64,000 nucleotides of DNA from Tubulanus polymorphus (taxonomy: Eukaryota; Animalia; Nemertea). The translations under genes were made by a program, and so were the position numbers. Positions 25,399-36,419 of this stretch are shown here, one piece after another. Each line of letters starts with the position of its first letter. The first letter of the stretch is position 1. Below the pieces are notes generated by a model, which was given only the letters and a program-made list of their open reading frames with translations, searched no databases and had not been told where the DNA came from. Location: positions 6,292,600 through 6,356,599 of the forward strand of contig NC_134036.1 of NCBI RefSeq assembly GCF_964204645.1, in the 5' to 3' direction.

Positions 25399-25619
25399 GA
25401 TTGTAGCCGGTAAACATTCAAACTTAATCGCCGACTATTCACATTCGGACAAAACACCGTGACGTCGCACGTCTACCAACAGCTTATAAACGTAATTTTC
25501 AATTCTTGAAAAATATCCTCTATGCTCGCGGAGAAAGAATTAAAGTAAATAATCTACTATTGTTCGTCGCCACCGTTGAGGGCGCTGGACAAAACGCAAG
25601 ATTACTAGCGGTGTCTAGA

Positions 25620-26080
25620 GGATTTTTGAGATGACGGCCTTTCCGTTCACTTGAAGTTCTATGGTTAGTTTAATAACCATTGATGATACGCTACATCCGT
25701 ATTGCGACGATAAAATCATGAGTAGTAGTTCATTCAACGTTTCGACTATATTTCTAATAGTCGTCCACGAGAATATATCAGTCAGCCAGTCAACTTTGAA
25801 AATCCATCCTAAAATCCGACGATCATGGCATTTTCTCAAAGCTAGACAGCCGGGGGCTTAATCAATAGCCGAGTATATGTTAGTTTACCTTTCAACCCTA
25901 TAGGTTTGCTAGACTTTTGTCCAAACATAGGATTGTTTATCAAAACTGTACTTCTATAAATTGTGTTTGCATATGGACACAGCTTCCGAGTCGATCTCTC
26001 GTGTCTGGTGTACGGATTCGATGGAACGACGATGTTAAATCCGAAAAAAATCCTAGACTCATCGCCAACTGAAATTGCCA
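25620..26080 (-). pseudogene. Possible highly decayed polypeptide GalNAc-transferase (GT2-like) fragment
   Basis: Ordered motifs across frames: FGFNIVV, TRHERS, MIVGF*DGFSKL, LTDI/ILVDDY*. They are reminiscent of GALNT 'GFN...TRH..C...VII.FHNE.WSTL...EIILVDD.S'. Many stops and frameshifts. Confidence 0.2.
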
Positions 26081-26892
26081 CAACGAGAGTGGCGTAGAAA
26101 TGCCATAATAAAGGAGAATTTTGGCCCGAGTCCCAATGACTTCAATGGCTCAGTGGTTTGATATATGGTGCTAGTACAGTAGAACTTGCTTGAGTCGAAA
26201 TTTTTCAATCCACTTTAGATATTTAGCCAGTTAGACCGGAACCACGTAGTGTCAGTAACCGTAGTTCAGATATGCAGCAGGTGGTTAAATTCGTCTGCTT
26301 GTATTCATAAAACACACGTACTTTAAGCGCGTGATGACGTGTTGATCGTGCAGTCTAGCACACGGCTGGGGTTCATCGATCGAAACATCTATTCATTACT
26401 GAATTTCAATTAAAAAACACCGACTGAAGTAATCATAATCGAACGCTTCCCGTGTTTTCAACGGCACATCTATATGTAGGTAGTGGGTATTGAAGAAATG
26501 ATTCCAGTCAAACTATTCTCACGGGAATCACTTCACGAAACGACCAAATGTAAAGCAAGATTATTGAAACCTTAGACGAATACCACTCTCGGAAAACGGA
26601 CCTTAAAACGTGTCATTTTGTAAAAGGGCATTTGTATATCTAAAAAAAAGGATAATTCATATTCTAAAACTTACTCTTATCATACACAGACTGAAGTTAC
26701 TAAAATGCTTCAATTCTGTTTCAAAGAACTAGATCAAAAAAAAAACGAACCCAACTTCTAAAGATTCCTGTCAAAATATGTACTACCTACACGGTTACAA
26801 AGTAAAACCGGTGATGGATTGAATAATGTATGCGGTGTTGGACTAGGCGGCTGCAAGATTATTCAAACTAAGTTCCACGGCAAGTGAGAGCC

Positions 26893-27087
26893 CGGTGCGT
26901 ATCGATTTAGCTCAACGGATCACCGATATCAGTTTCCAATCGATATCCGGCTGTGCAATCATCGGTATAATTCAGCAAATTTTAAATAAGATATCACACG
27001 TAACGTGTTTCATTCATTCGTCGACAGGTTCTGGTTCGGGAGATATATTCGTTTCGACAGTTTAATACGTTAGAAGAATCGACTAAG
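26893..27087 (+). promoter_or_regulatory. Promoter block and non-coding exon 1 of knottin gene 2
   Basis: Homologous to 1965-2146; Inr-like TCATTC at 27010/27014; donor AAG|GTAAGA at 27087/27088. Confidence 0.65.
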
Positions 27088-28034
27088 GTAAGAAAAACAC
27101 CATATAATCGTAAAAGTAAAGATAGTAAAGTAAAGATTCATCGTTTCATTAATTTCATCACATTAAGTGAGAATCCAACGCCTGTTTAACTTAGTGGACG
27201 TATTCATTTCGGTCAAACTCGGCTCGTCTACGGTACAGGTGGTTTTGGGTTGAGATTGGGTATCAACGATTAGTAGAGAAAAGTGGTAACAGTCGTACAC
27301 GCGATGAATTGAGAAGTCCGGCTATAGAATTCGGACCGCGATCAGGTGCAAACGCATTCCTTAATCAAATACGTTTGACATCTACATAAATAGGCCTAAG
27401 GATTTACATTCATTCGAAAGAATCTTGTGTTTTAGAAACAACGCCTCGTCCGGGGAACTGATTTCAATCTGACAACGCTGGCGTTACGAAAACAAACAAA
27501 AAATGATTTCAAACGATTAACCCAATACCATATATAAAGGCCATCATCACACAGAAAAACTGAGACAGAAACTTGTTTGTGTGGTGTCAAACGCTTCCGT
27601 TTTTGTGTAATGACAAACGCAGGAGATGTGACCGTTCCGCAATCGCCACATTTAGTCAAATGATAACACGATGTAAAACAAAATTAATTCAACATAGTCC
27701 AGTGTAACAAAAAAAATACAAACATTCACTGAATGATTCATAACTATTATTATCACTGTTACGGATTGGTGAGGCCAATTTTGCACGCTTCACATTCCGG
27801 CATTCAAACCGGCAATGTAGAAAATCCGTTAGCGCTTACTTACACTATGTGTATGGTCACTCTTAGTTTCATTCTTATGTAGCATCATCTTAAACCTGAT
27901 TATTGTTATCAAAATTTTCTGACGAAAGGTTTTTTCACTGAGAACCTTACGAAGACTGTTGGGGAATCAAAATTTGGGATTCACCCAAATGCATGATTGC
28001 TGATATATGTCCATTCAAATTCTAGGTTACAAAA

Positions 28035-28641
28035 ATGGCGACGTATTTGATAAATCGTGTTTTTGCTGCTGTTCTGATTATGGTCAGTGCCGCGTATTTA
28101 GCAGAAGGTGAGTAACGACTGGGAAAATGATACGCAATTTCGAAGGATTTCGTGAAAAATAAAATTAAAGTCGCAATTATCAATTAACATTCAGTAGTTG
28201 ATTTTTTCCGTTGGACGGATTCGTTTGATGAATTAGTTTTCAGAGCTATTATAAATAACTTGTGTTCTGACGAAAATCAAGTTAATTGACGTACAATATT
28301 GTTCTTATGGACACGCATATCCTAGACTCATGTATACATATGTGTATTTCTGAATAATCGAAATGAATCCCTATCACCCACATTTTCGGAATGACCATCG
28401 GTACTACACCTGGGATGGGGGTTCGAGTTTTTCTAGAAATTAAGGGCAAATGTGTTTCACTTCGAATTCCATTCAGAATTTCATGCTTTTGTGAAATATA
28501 GGTTGCCTTTCAAAAGCCACGTGGTGCAATAATGACGCTGTGTGTTGCAGCAATAATTGTACCGCGGGAACATGTTCCTTATTGTTGGTGATTATTTGGA
28601 TTGTAATGGGATATACTTGTGGTGGTTTGGGAAACATTTGA
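28035..28641 (+). CDS. Knottin precursor 2, isoform a, join(28035..28107,28502..28641): MATYLINRVFAAVLIMVSAAYLAEG-CLSKATWCNNDAVCCSNNCTAGTCS-LLLVIIWIVMGYTCGGLGNI
   Basis: Signal exon with G|GTGAGT donor, acceptor GAAATATAG| at 28501, ICK Cys framework. The paralogous TAA is TTA here (28579-28581), so the frame extends 20 codons to TGA. AATAAA at ~28746. Confidence 0.8.
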
Positions 28642-29060
28642 TTATGAAACTGAAGCACAGTCAGATTACCGCCTGAGTCTGAAACTTCGCGAATTGAGTT
28701 CATATTTGTAACTCATTCTTCACATCTCATGTTATAATTAGATTCAATAAAACTGCGAGTAAATAAATCATTTATCGGGATTTTAGCTGTTTATGATTTC
28801 CTAGCCTTCAGTGTAGCCATTTGTTTGTAAGGCTATTCGACATTGATCGCCATCACCCACATCGTTGGAATGACCACCGGTCCTACGCCTGGGGTAGGGG
28901 CTCGAGTGTTTCGAAAATTTGTTTCACTTCAAATTCCATTTAGAATGTAATGCTTTTTTGAAATGTAGGTCAGCATTTGAGTTGCCTTCCAAATACCGTG
29001 GGATGTACTGTTGATTCTCAGTGTTGCAGCAATAATTGTAAAGCGGGATCATGTTCCTAA
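28035..29060 (+). CDS. Knottin precursor 2, isoform b, join(28035..28107,28969..29060): ...AYLAEG-QHLSCLPNTVGCTVDSQCCSNNCKAGSCS
   Basis: Tandemly duplicated terminal exon (~480-bp period) with acceptor TTTTTTGAAATGTAG| at 28968, intact ICK frame, TAA at 29058-29060 and its own AATAAA at ~29220. It has no separate signal exon. Confidence 0.75.
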
Positions 29061-31228
29061 TCGTTGGTGATAATTTCTAATGGAAAATACCTGTGGTGGT
29101 TTGCGAAATATCCGATTATGAAACTGAACCACAGGCAGGTTACTGACTGACTATTAGAAAGCTCGACTTGAATTTATATTCGTAACTCAGTTGTCAAATC
29201 TCGTGTTATAATTAGATTCAATAAAACTGTCAGTATATAAATCAGCTATCGGGTTGTTAGATAGTTTATGATTTTTCCGTGGATGTTTTCACAGTGATCA
29301 ATAGGATGCGCCGTTTCATCCGCAGTAGTAGACAATAACCGCCGATTCCTGTCGCGCGTTTATCCCTTATGCTAAATTCCGACTACGAAAATACAATATA
29401 ATAATAATCTGACATTTCTAAATGGTCCATTTCAATCCCCACGTGCGGACGTTTGGTGTCATTGTTGCTCTATTGCCTTTGCAATACATGCCCGAGTGAC
29501 AGCTATTCGCGTAAACACATCCGATCATCTTAAGCAAACACATAAACAAAATGCCTGACGGTTCACAAAAAAATCATGGCGTCCATCCCCCTTTTCGAAC
29601 CATGTTAGACATTTCATCATGTATTGATTAATTCCCCGTATACAACGGATATGTAAATTCGTATATTATATTCGATGGTTTCCTATAAAGGAGAAACGCT
29701 ATCGACCATTATCGACTAGCTAAGTAAGAGTTCGATCTATAACAAATCAGCACAAACAAACTAAAAATACGGTGATTTTGGTGGTATATTCAGCCCGTTT
29801 TCGACAAAATTGCTTATTCGTCTGTTTGCCATAAATCCAGCGATTATATACCGACTGGTCAGCTAACATACCAGAAAAATCATCACTCATAAAAATACAA
29901 AAAAATGCATTGATTCAGACGATGGTGTCGAATTGAAGCAGCTACCTATTCTTCGATACCATTGTAAGCGGCACGTATAACGAGATATCTCACATTTGAC
30001 GTATGTATGTCGACTGAGAAATAGATTTGTCAATTCGACCTTTTTTCTACTGGTCTTCAAGCATGAACTCAACACTCGCCTGATATAGGTTGTTTAATAG
30101 GTAGAAATAGAATGTAAGGCGTACGTTGTTCAATGTACATGAATTAAATTGTTTATTTATTTATGAATTGTGTAAATTGCCGCACGATGTCTACACCGTC
30201 ACAAATAATACGAACCGCAAATTATAGTGGCTCATCTAAATATTCGTACCGGTAGACTTAGATTTATAGGGACTCTTGAATGAACAATAATATATTTGTA
30301 TATTCATCGCAGAAACATTCCATATCATATTTCGTTCACTGACAACGATGTGAAGCCCTTGTTTTGTATAACAAACATTTTTTGTGATCCGATATTGATG
30401 CAAAACTGTTGAGCAAATGAGAAATCGTGTCTTAAATCAAGCCAATATTTCCCCCAACGAAGTACCGGGGATACAACAAAATAGACCATGGGTTCGGTTG
30501 AATGAACTAACTGAGTATAGTTTCAACTAGGATGGATAGTGCTGCTACTGACATATAAATGCCTAAACTACCAGGGAACAAAGTATCCGCGGTCTATTTT
30601 ATCTGACTATGCATCCACCAGATCTCTCCGCTCTTAGCAACATACAAGTCGTCTGGTTAAGCCAAAACCAATGCAATAGGTGACAGGACATTTCAATTTA
30701 CAGCACTTTGGAACCAGCAGCCCCTTAGTTTTAGACTAAGTCCATCAGTACAATGTTTAACTTGAAAACTTAGTTACTTAGAAAAGTTAATTACCGCAAT
30801 TAATCTCACCTTTCAATTCCAACTTCATATTCACTCTCCAAGCGTTTCAAATAACCCTTAATGAGCTCATATCTAGTATTCTATGCGGATGTAAACTGAT
30901 TACGCTTTGTAGAAGTGCGCTATATGAGGAAAAAATTAATATTTTACTTTCGAGCACAAAGAGTCCATCTGTTCTGGTAGGCTTCGCAATAATAACATAT
31001 AGAAATAAAACCTTTGTACTCAACAACACTGTAAGTAAGCAGGTTCAACTACGATGATAACATTGTAATATGTATCATCACTGGCACTTTTAAGTTCTTT
31101 AACTTGGATGCTGAAGGGTTCGTTGAGATTTTGCTAATTTTCACCCAGTACTTCCTAGTGGCTAAGAGCTGACGACAAAATATCAGCTGTGTATATCCAT
31201 TGGATTAAACAAAAATAAATCTACTCAC

Positions 31229-31363
31229 CAGATATTCCTGTGTAGAGCATCATGGATTATTTCGAAACGTCTGGTGTCCATCCACAGTATTCGTTCAATC
31301 TTCCTCGCGGTATTGACAGCAATCAGTTTCTGATGATGAGTGAAAAAGTGAGGAACGAAGGAT
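31229..31363 (-). other. Exon-like module antisense and downstream of knottin gene 2 (paralogue at 37260-37389 with mutated donor)
   Basis: On the minus strand, TATTTTTCAG|ATCC... and ...TG|GTGAGTAGATTT. Confidence 0.4.
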
Positions 31364-31429
31364 CTGAAAAATAGAATAATTCAATTTTGAATTAAGTATG
31401 GGTGAGTTACCTGACTGAGATCACCTACA

Positions 31430-33174
31430 AGTCACAATGAAAATTGCACGGCACTCATAATGAGTTCTATTGGAGTAATGAATTACCTATTTAGACAACG
31501 GGAAAAATAAGCCGGAGTTCAAGGCAGTAGTTGCGGTTAGCAGGCAACCTATGTGAATACTTACGTCACACATAAGAGAGAAGCATAGAAGATAGGTGAG
31601 AGTGACGTGGGTGTTTACGTGGGAAAGCTTGTTATAGCAGCAGCCTTGAGCTCTGGAAAGTTGAGTTATAAATTTAGCGCTCGTGACGTATAACACACGT
31701 AGAAATGATTTGCATGGCCAGTAGAACTGTATTAATATGAAAATACGTCACTGGCTATGAGGCCAAGCGGTGTGGAAATATACGTCACGAGCGAAGGAAG
31801 AATACGTATAAAAAGGGAGGGTTTTAATGGAGTGTGGTCGAAAAAGCTGGGTCGGTAGAGCTAGGTCGGTTGAGCTAGTGGTTAGAACTAGAGAGGGACG
31901 TGCTAGGAAGATTGTAAGAAGAGAGTATAAGAATAAAGATATGGATCGATAGAAGAACCCTGCTAACAACAATGTCGGTACAACATAAGTTTATGTTGCT
32001 GACAGATTGTTATCCAATGTTTTCCTCTAGAACATTGACACAACATTCAGACAATGTTACACAAATAAGTCCGCCCTCTGTTGATTGAACTAAGAAATAC
32101 TGATGTTTATACAACATTGCTGCAACATTGATGTTAATTGATGTTAGTTTCGCACATGGACGCATGTTTAATTATTTTAATTGTCTGATCTAGGCCTTTT
32201 TGGCTATGATAAAGATCCATAATCACCGACTGATAATTATCAACCTACAGGATATACAGTATCTACCGATTCGTTCATATGGATACGAAACGATCGATGG
32301 GTATGTAGTTCTCTCCCAGTTAGTCTGCGCCATTTTGTTTTTTCTGTTTGGTTCAGAAGATTTCTGTGTATGGTTTATTCTATTTTTCTGCGTCCTGAGC
32401 ATGATTTGGATATTTATCGATGATGGATGTGACAGTTTCACTGCTCTAGATTTCATTTTTTGAGGTAAGCATATGTGGTTAATTCTCTTGATTGATTGAT
32501 AAAAGAGATTTTAGAACACGCCTCTTTCCCATTAGAATTTCCCGCCATTTTTCTTGTGTACGTGGCACTGTTCTGAAATTAGGGCAATATATTTTATATT
32601 TTATTCTTTTCAGATGAATCAGTGACTAAGGATGTAGATATGGTCGAAGAAAATAGATATTAATAGATGTTGCATCGTATCAATAAATTATATCGTTTGT
32701 ACTTATGATGAATATTGAGGTAATAAAAATCAATTCAAAATCGACTCAAATTTATTTTCGAGTTTATTAGTTATGGCTGACCCATTGGAGGCCTCCCATT
32801 CATATCATTAGGATATTGTATAGATGTTGTAGGAATGTTTCAAGTAAAATAATGACATTGTGTCAATGTTGTAGAAATATTGTCCGTATCAACATTTAAC
32901 ATTTCAACGTTGATCCAATGTTGTGGAGATGTTTGGTACAACATTGCAACAATGTTGTGACAACTTGCTATGAGTCCACAGTTCTCGTTGATACAACATT
33001 AAACCCAACATTAAAGCAACATTAGTCTGTTCTGATATAATGTTGTTACAACATACCGACAATGTATTTTTGTTAGCAGGGAAGCTAGTTGTAGTTAATT
33101 TATGCGAAGAATCCCAAGGAACTACGCTGGTGAAACGCAAACAACGCAGATGGTCAACACACGTCACCCTGACA
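31430..33174 (+). mobile_element. Possible solo-LTR-like remnant interrupted by a TIR element
   Basis: Ends (A)GTCAC... and ...CTGACA, with internal TATAAAAAGGGAGG and AATAAA. No clean TSD was found. Confidence 0.25.
31958..33081. mobile_element. Non-autonomous DNA transposon with CCC termini, 2-bp AA TSD and subterminal ACAACATT/AATGTTG repeats (EnSpm/CACTA-like)
   Basis: AA|CCCTGCTAACAA ... TTGTTAGCAGGG|AA; many CAACATT/AATGTTG motifs within ~200-280 bp of both ends. Confidence 0.75.
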
Positions 33175-35167
33175 CTGGGGAAGAGGAACCCCACAACAGT
33201 TCAACCTTCTAATCCCATTTACACACTTTTCGGACATAATGTTTCGTTATATTAGGATGTAATTCTCTACACCCATCGTCACAACACGGAACAGCGTTTC
33301 ATCAACTGGTTATCTATTCAGCATCCCACTCCATTACAGTCGATTCATAGAAAGTGCTGAGATGTGCGAAATATTTCAAATACGGGTGAAACTATGCTTA
33401 ACGCCTTTATATAGCTTTGAAACCAGAGAAATGTGCAGATTTCGTCAACGAGAAATCTTTTTTCCAAACAAATTCAAAAACTCACTCTCACAAATTATAA
33501 ACTGCATCTCGTTTCTAACGCCATATTCATGTATTTATCAAAATTGTCGTTGCCACTTGGAATATAAAGCCAGGAGAAAGTACTCATCTCTATGATACAA
33601 CGTCTTGTTCCTGGACAAAAGTTTGAACGTTTACGTTGAGGCGATGAGTGTCAATGAATTTCCGATATTTCAAGTATTCTTTTCTTGGAGTCAACTGCAT
33701 CGATCAAGCCCTTACTTAATACTCAATACTTAATGAGCCCCCCAGCGTCCAGGGCAGAACCCTGCCCCTAAACAACCACAGTCTTACAAAACATCACCCG
33801 CTCATGTTAGATATATTTCAAGTAGGTGATTATTGAAGCGTAAATGTATTAGCTCTAAATGGCTGTATGATAAAAAAAATCTTGGCACCGGAATGAATGT
33901 TCTAATGTTATCACGATAATTGGCTCAATCGTAAATTGAAATTTGCGCAGTTTCATTGGCAGGTACACGTATTCGAACTGCAGTATAATTCATGGTCAAC
34001 ACTCAACATATTTCAATTCGAAATCTTTGTTATCAGTTGTTTTGGAAGAAAATTATCGTTGTTCCTAACCTCAAGTACGCGCCAATTATCGTGAAAGGTA
34101 TTCGAATCGTTCCACCACCTTGACCAACCCGACATGCATTTACCCAATCCGTCACCGATTTGTCTTCAGATTTTCTAACCGTCTAGATATCACGTGTATT
34201 TACGTATATGAGGATATTAGAAATCTTTGGGCGAGGGGAAGAGGTTATATCGCGTGTTCTCTAAGCGATTAACAGGAATGCATTTACAAATCGTTCACCG
34301 ACGTATTATAATACCGAATCTGAATTTTATAATACTCCGCTATTTTGAATTATTCAAAATACTGTTAAGCTATTTTGGTTGTGGATAAGAATGCAACCCT
34401 CATTACTAAATGTTTTGCTTTTCATAGATTCCCTCTGCTACTGAGAAATACAGGGCCAATCGATAGGAATACCACCTGTGCTCATCCAATAGACGATGAT
34501 TGTTCGCCGAGCAGATATATTAGTAACCGAAAACTAACGCGCAACAGGTGATTAAATATTCGTCTGCCTAAATTTATTCAACACTTCAATCTCGTGATGA
34601 CGTGTTGATCGTGCAATCTAGCAGTATTGTAGTACATATGTCTGGTCGAAACTGATCGGAATTTCTTTTTAAGCCGCCCATAAAACATAACATAGAATTT
34701 CGCTTAAATGATTCTAGCTGAATAACTAATTTCAATCGAATGATTCTGGTAATATCAACAGCACATCTACGCGTAAATAATGGATGTTGAGGAAATAGTA
34801 GCAGCCAGATTGATTCTTTCTCTTATGAAGAACTGAAGAACAGCATGATTAAGAAAAATCCCCCCTCAGAAAACTGGCATAAAATGTTTCATTAACTTAT
34901 GAGGGCATATCTAAAAAATACGGACTGATGTCATACGGATTGGTGTAAATAAAATTCTTCAATTCCGTTTTAACGAATTAGCGCTGCAATAAACAGAAAA
35001 CTAACCAACTTCTAAATAATCCCGATATTCTCCCAACCGTCAATGCACGTGATACCTATACGGTTGCAAAACTAGAGGAAACTGGTGATAGACGAAGTAA
35101 TGTCTACCAGGATGGTCTATGGAGCAAAATTATGAATATGGCCTTCGACGGCTAGTGAGAAATAACG

Positions 35168-35364
35168 GGTTCGCATCGATTTAGTTTTACAAAACAATGA
35201 TATCAGTTTCAATCATTATCAAGCTGAGCAATCATTGCATGATTCATGAAATTTCGAATAAAATATCACGCGTAACGTGTTTCATTCATTCGGTTCTGAC
35301 TCGAGAAAACGAACGAAGCTTATTTCCATTTCGACGTTTGAATACATTCGAAGAAGCGACTCAG
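35168..35364 (+). promoter_or_regulatory. Promoter block and non-coding exon 1 of knottin gene 3
   Basis: Homologous to the gene 1 and gene 2 promoters; TCATTC at 35282/35286; donor CAG|GTAAGC at 35364/35365. Confidence 0.65.
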
Positions 35365-35883
35365 GTAAGCAAAACACCTTATAAACATATTAAACGAGTA
35401 AAAGAGATTGATCATTTCGTTTATTTCATTACTTTTAAGTGAGAATCTTGTAAAAACTAAGAAGTATCAATTTTGTCGCTGGTATGTTTGTGTTTTGGGT
35501 TAAGATTGGATATAAACGAGTATTAGGGAAATGTGGCAACAGTGTATCCCGCTTTAAGATTTCTTAACACCCAAATCGCCGTGGTTTCGCTGTAAAAAAT
35601 TTAATCGAATGGAATTCTATTGTTGGACATTTAAAGTTTAACACGGATTAGAGTCTTTTTTTCTTTCATTCGACTACGAGTGATAGCTTTCTAGTCAATT
35701 CTATACTATATTCAAAACTCGTTATTGCATCATATCTCCATTACGATTTTCATTTTAATCTATGACTATGATCCACGGTTAGTGTAAACATATAACAAGG
35801 AAAAAAAACAAATGAGTGACGACGAATCTTTACACGTATTACACCCACGTAACGGTAATCAATTCAAATTCTAGGTGACAAAA

Positions 35884-36419
35884 ATGCTTTCGTATTTGCT
35901 AAACGGCCTCTGTGCCGTTGTTGTGATCGTGGTCAGTGCGGCGTCGTTTGCAGAAGGTGAGTAACGACTAGGGAAATATAATGCACAATCTATCTCTGAG
36001 GATTAAATGAATAGTTTAAAGTAAAGTAGTAATTATTATTAAATATTCACTAGATGTTTATGGGTTAAACGAATTAATTTGATGAGCTGCATTTCAGAGA
36101 TAAAAGCACTTACATATATTCTGACGTAAAAACCAATTTAATTGACGTGCGATATTGTACTTATGTACGCGTTTACTAATCTACTGTTCGTATTTGTATC
36201 TCCGAAAAATCGACATGAACGAGGGACATCCGTCACCTTCATCGTCGTTATAGTCACCGGTCCTACATCCGCGGTGTGGGTTCGAGCATTTCTAAATCAT
36301 AGTATTTCTAAACAGAAAATGTGTTTTTCTTTAATATAGGTTGCACCAATAATGGCCTGTGGTGTTCGGTTGATAGTGAGTGTTGCAGCAACAAGTGTAG
36401 CGCCGGAACATGTTCCTAA
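35884..36419 (+). CDS. Knottin precursor 3, join(35884..35956,36340..36419), 50 aa: MLSYLLNGLCAVVVIVVSAASFAEG-CTNNGLWCSVDSECCSNKCSAGTCS
   Basis: Acceptor TTCTAG| at 35874, ATG at 35884, donor G|GTGAGT at 35956, acceptor TTTTTCTTTAATATAG| at 36339, ICK framework, TAA at 36417-36419, AATAAA at ~36592. Confidence 0.9.

Larger units (their letters stand above)
4771..25461. mobile_element. Giant (20.7 kb) non-autonomous foldback-type element with kilobase TIRs, CAC...GTG termini and a putative 4-bp ACGT TSD (Chapaev/CMC-like termini)
   Basis: Left end CACAGTGTTTTGTCCGAATG (4771); right end reverse complement CACGGTGTTTTGTCCGAATG (ends 25461). ACGT flanks both ends (4767-4770, 25462-25465). Inverted homology runs colinearly to 13190/14416, with mirror ORF pairs such as 5181-5456 vs 24776-25051. 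Confidence 0.7.
14416..25461 (-). repeat. Right arm of giant inverted repeat (~11 kb)
   Basis: Colinear reverse complement of 4771-13190. It is longer because of satellite expansion and a ~440-bp tandem duplication at ~20820-21690. Confidence 0.95.
26250..31430 (+). repeat. Old segmental duplication unit carrying knottin gene 2 (paralogous to ~34520-37450)
   Basis: Shared blocks: GTGATGACGTGTTGATCGTGCA.TCTAGCA (26331/34594), AAATGAGAAATCG (30415/36756), GTTCTGGTAGG...TAAGCAGG.TCAACTA (30970/36889), GAGCATCATGGATTATTTCGAAA (31245/37276). Confidence 0.8.

Noticed and set aside
4771-25461. Giant palindrome as a fold-back sequencing artefact, or as a Polinton/Maverick
   Set aside because: The arms differ by many substitutions, indels and array lengths, unlike chimeric reads. 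There are no polB, integrase or capsid ORFs and no AG-repeat termini or 6-bp TSD.
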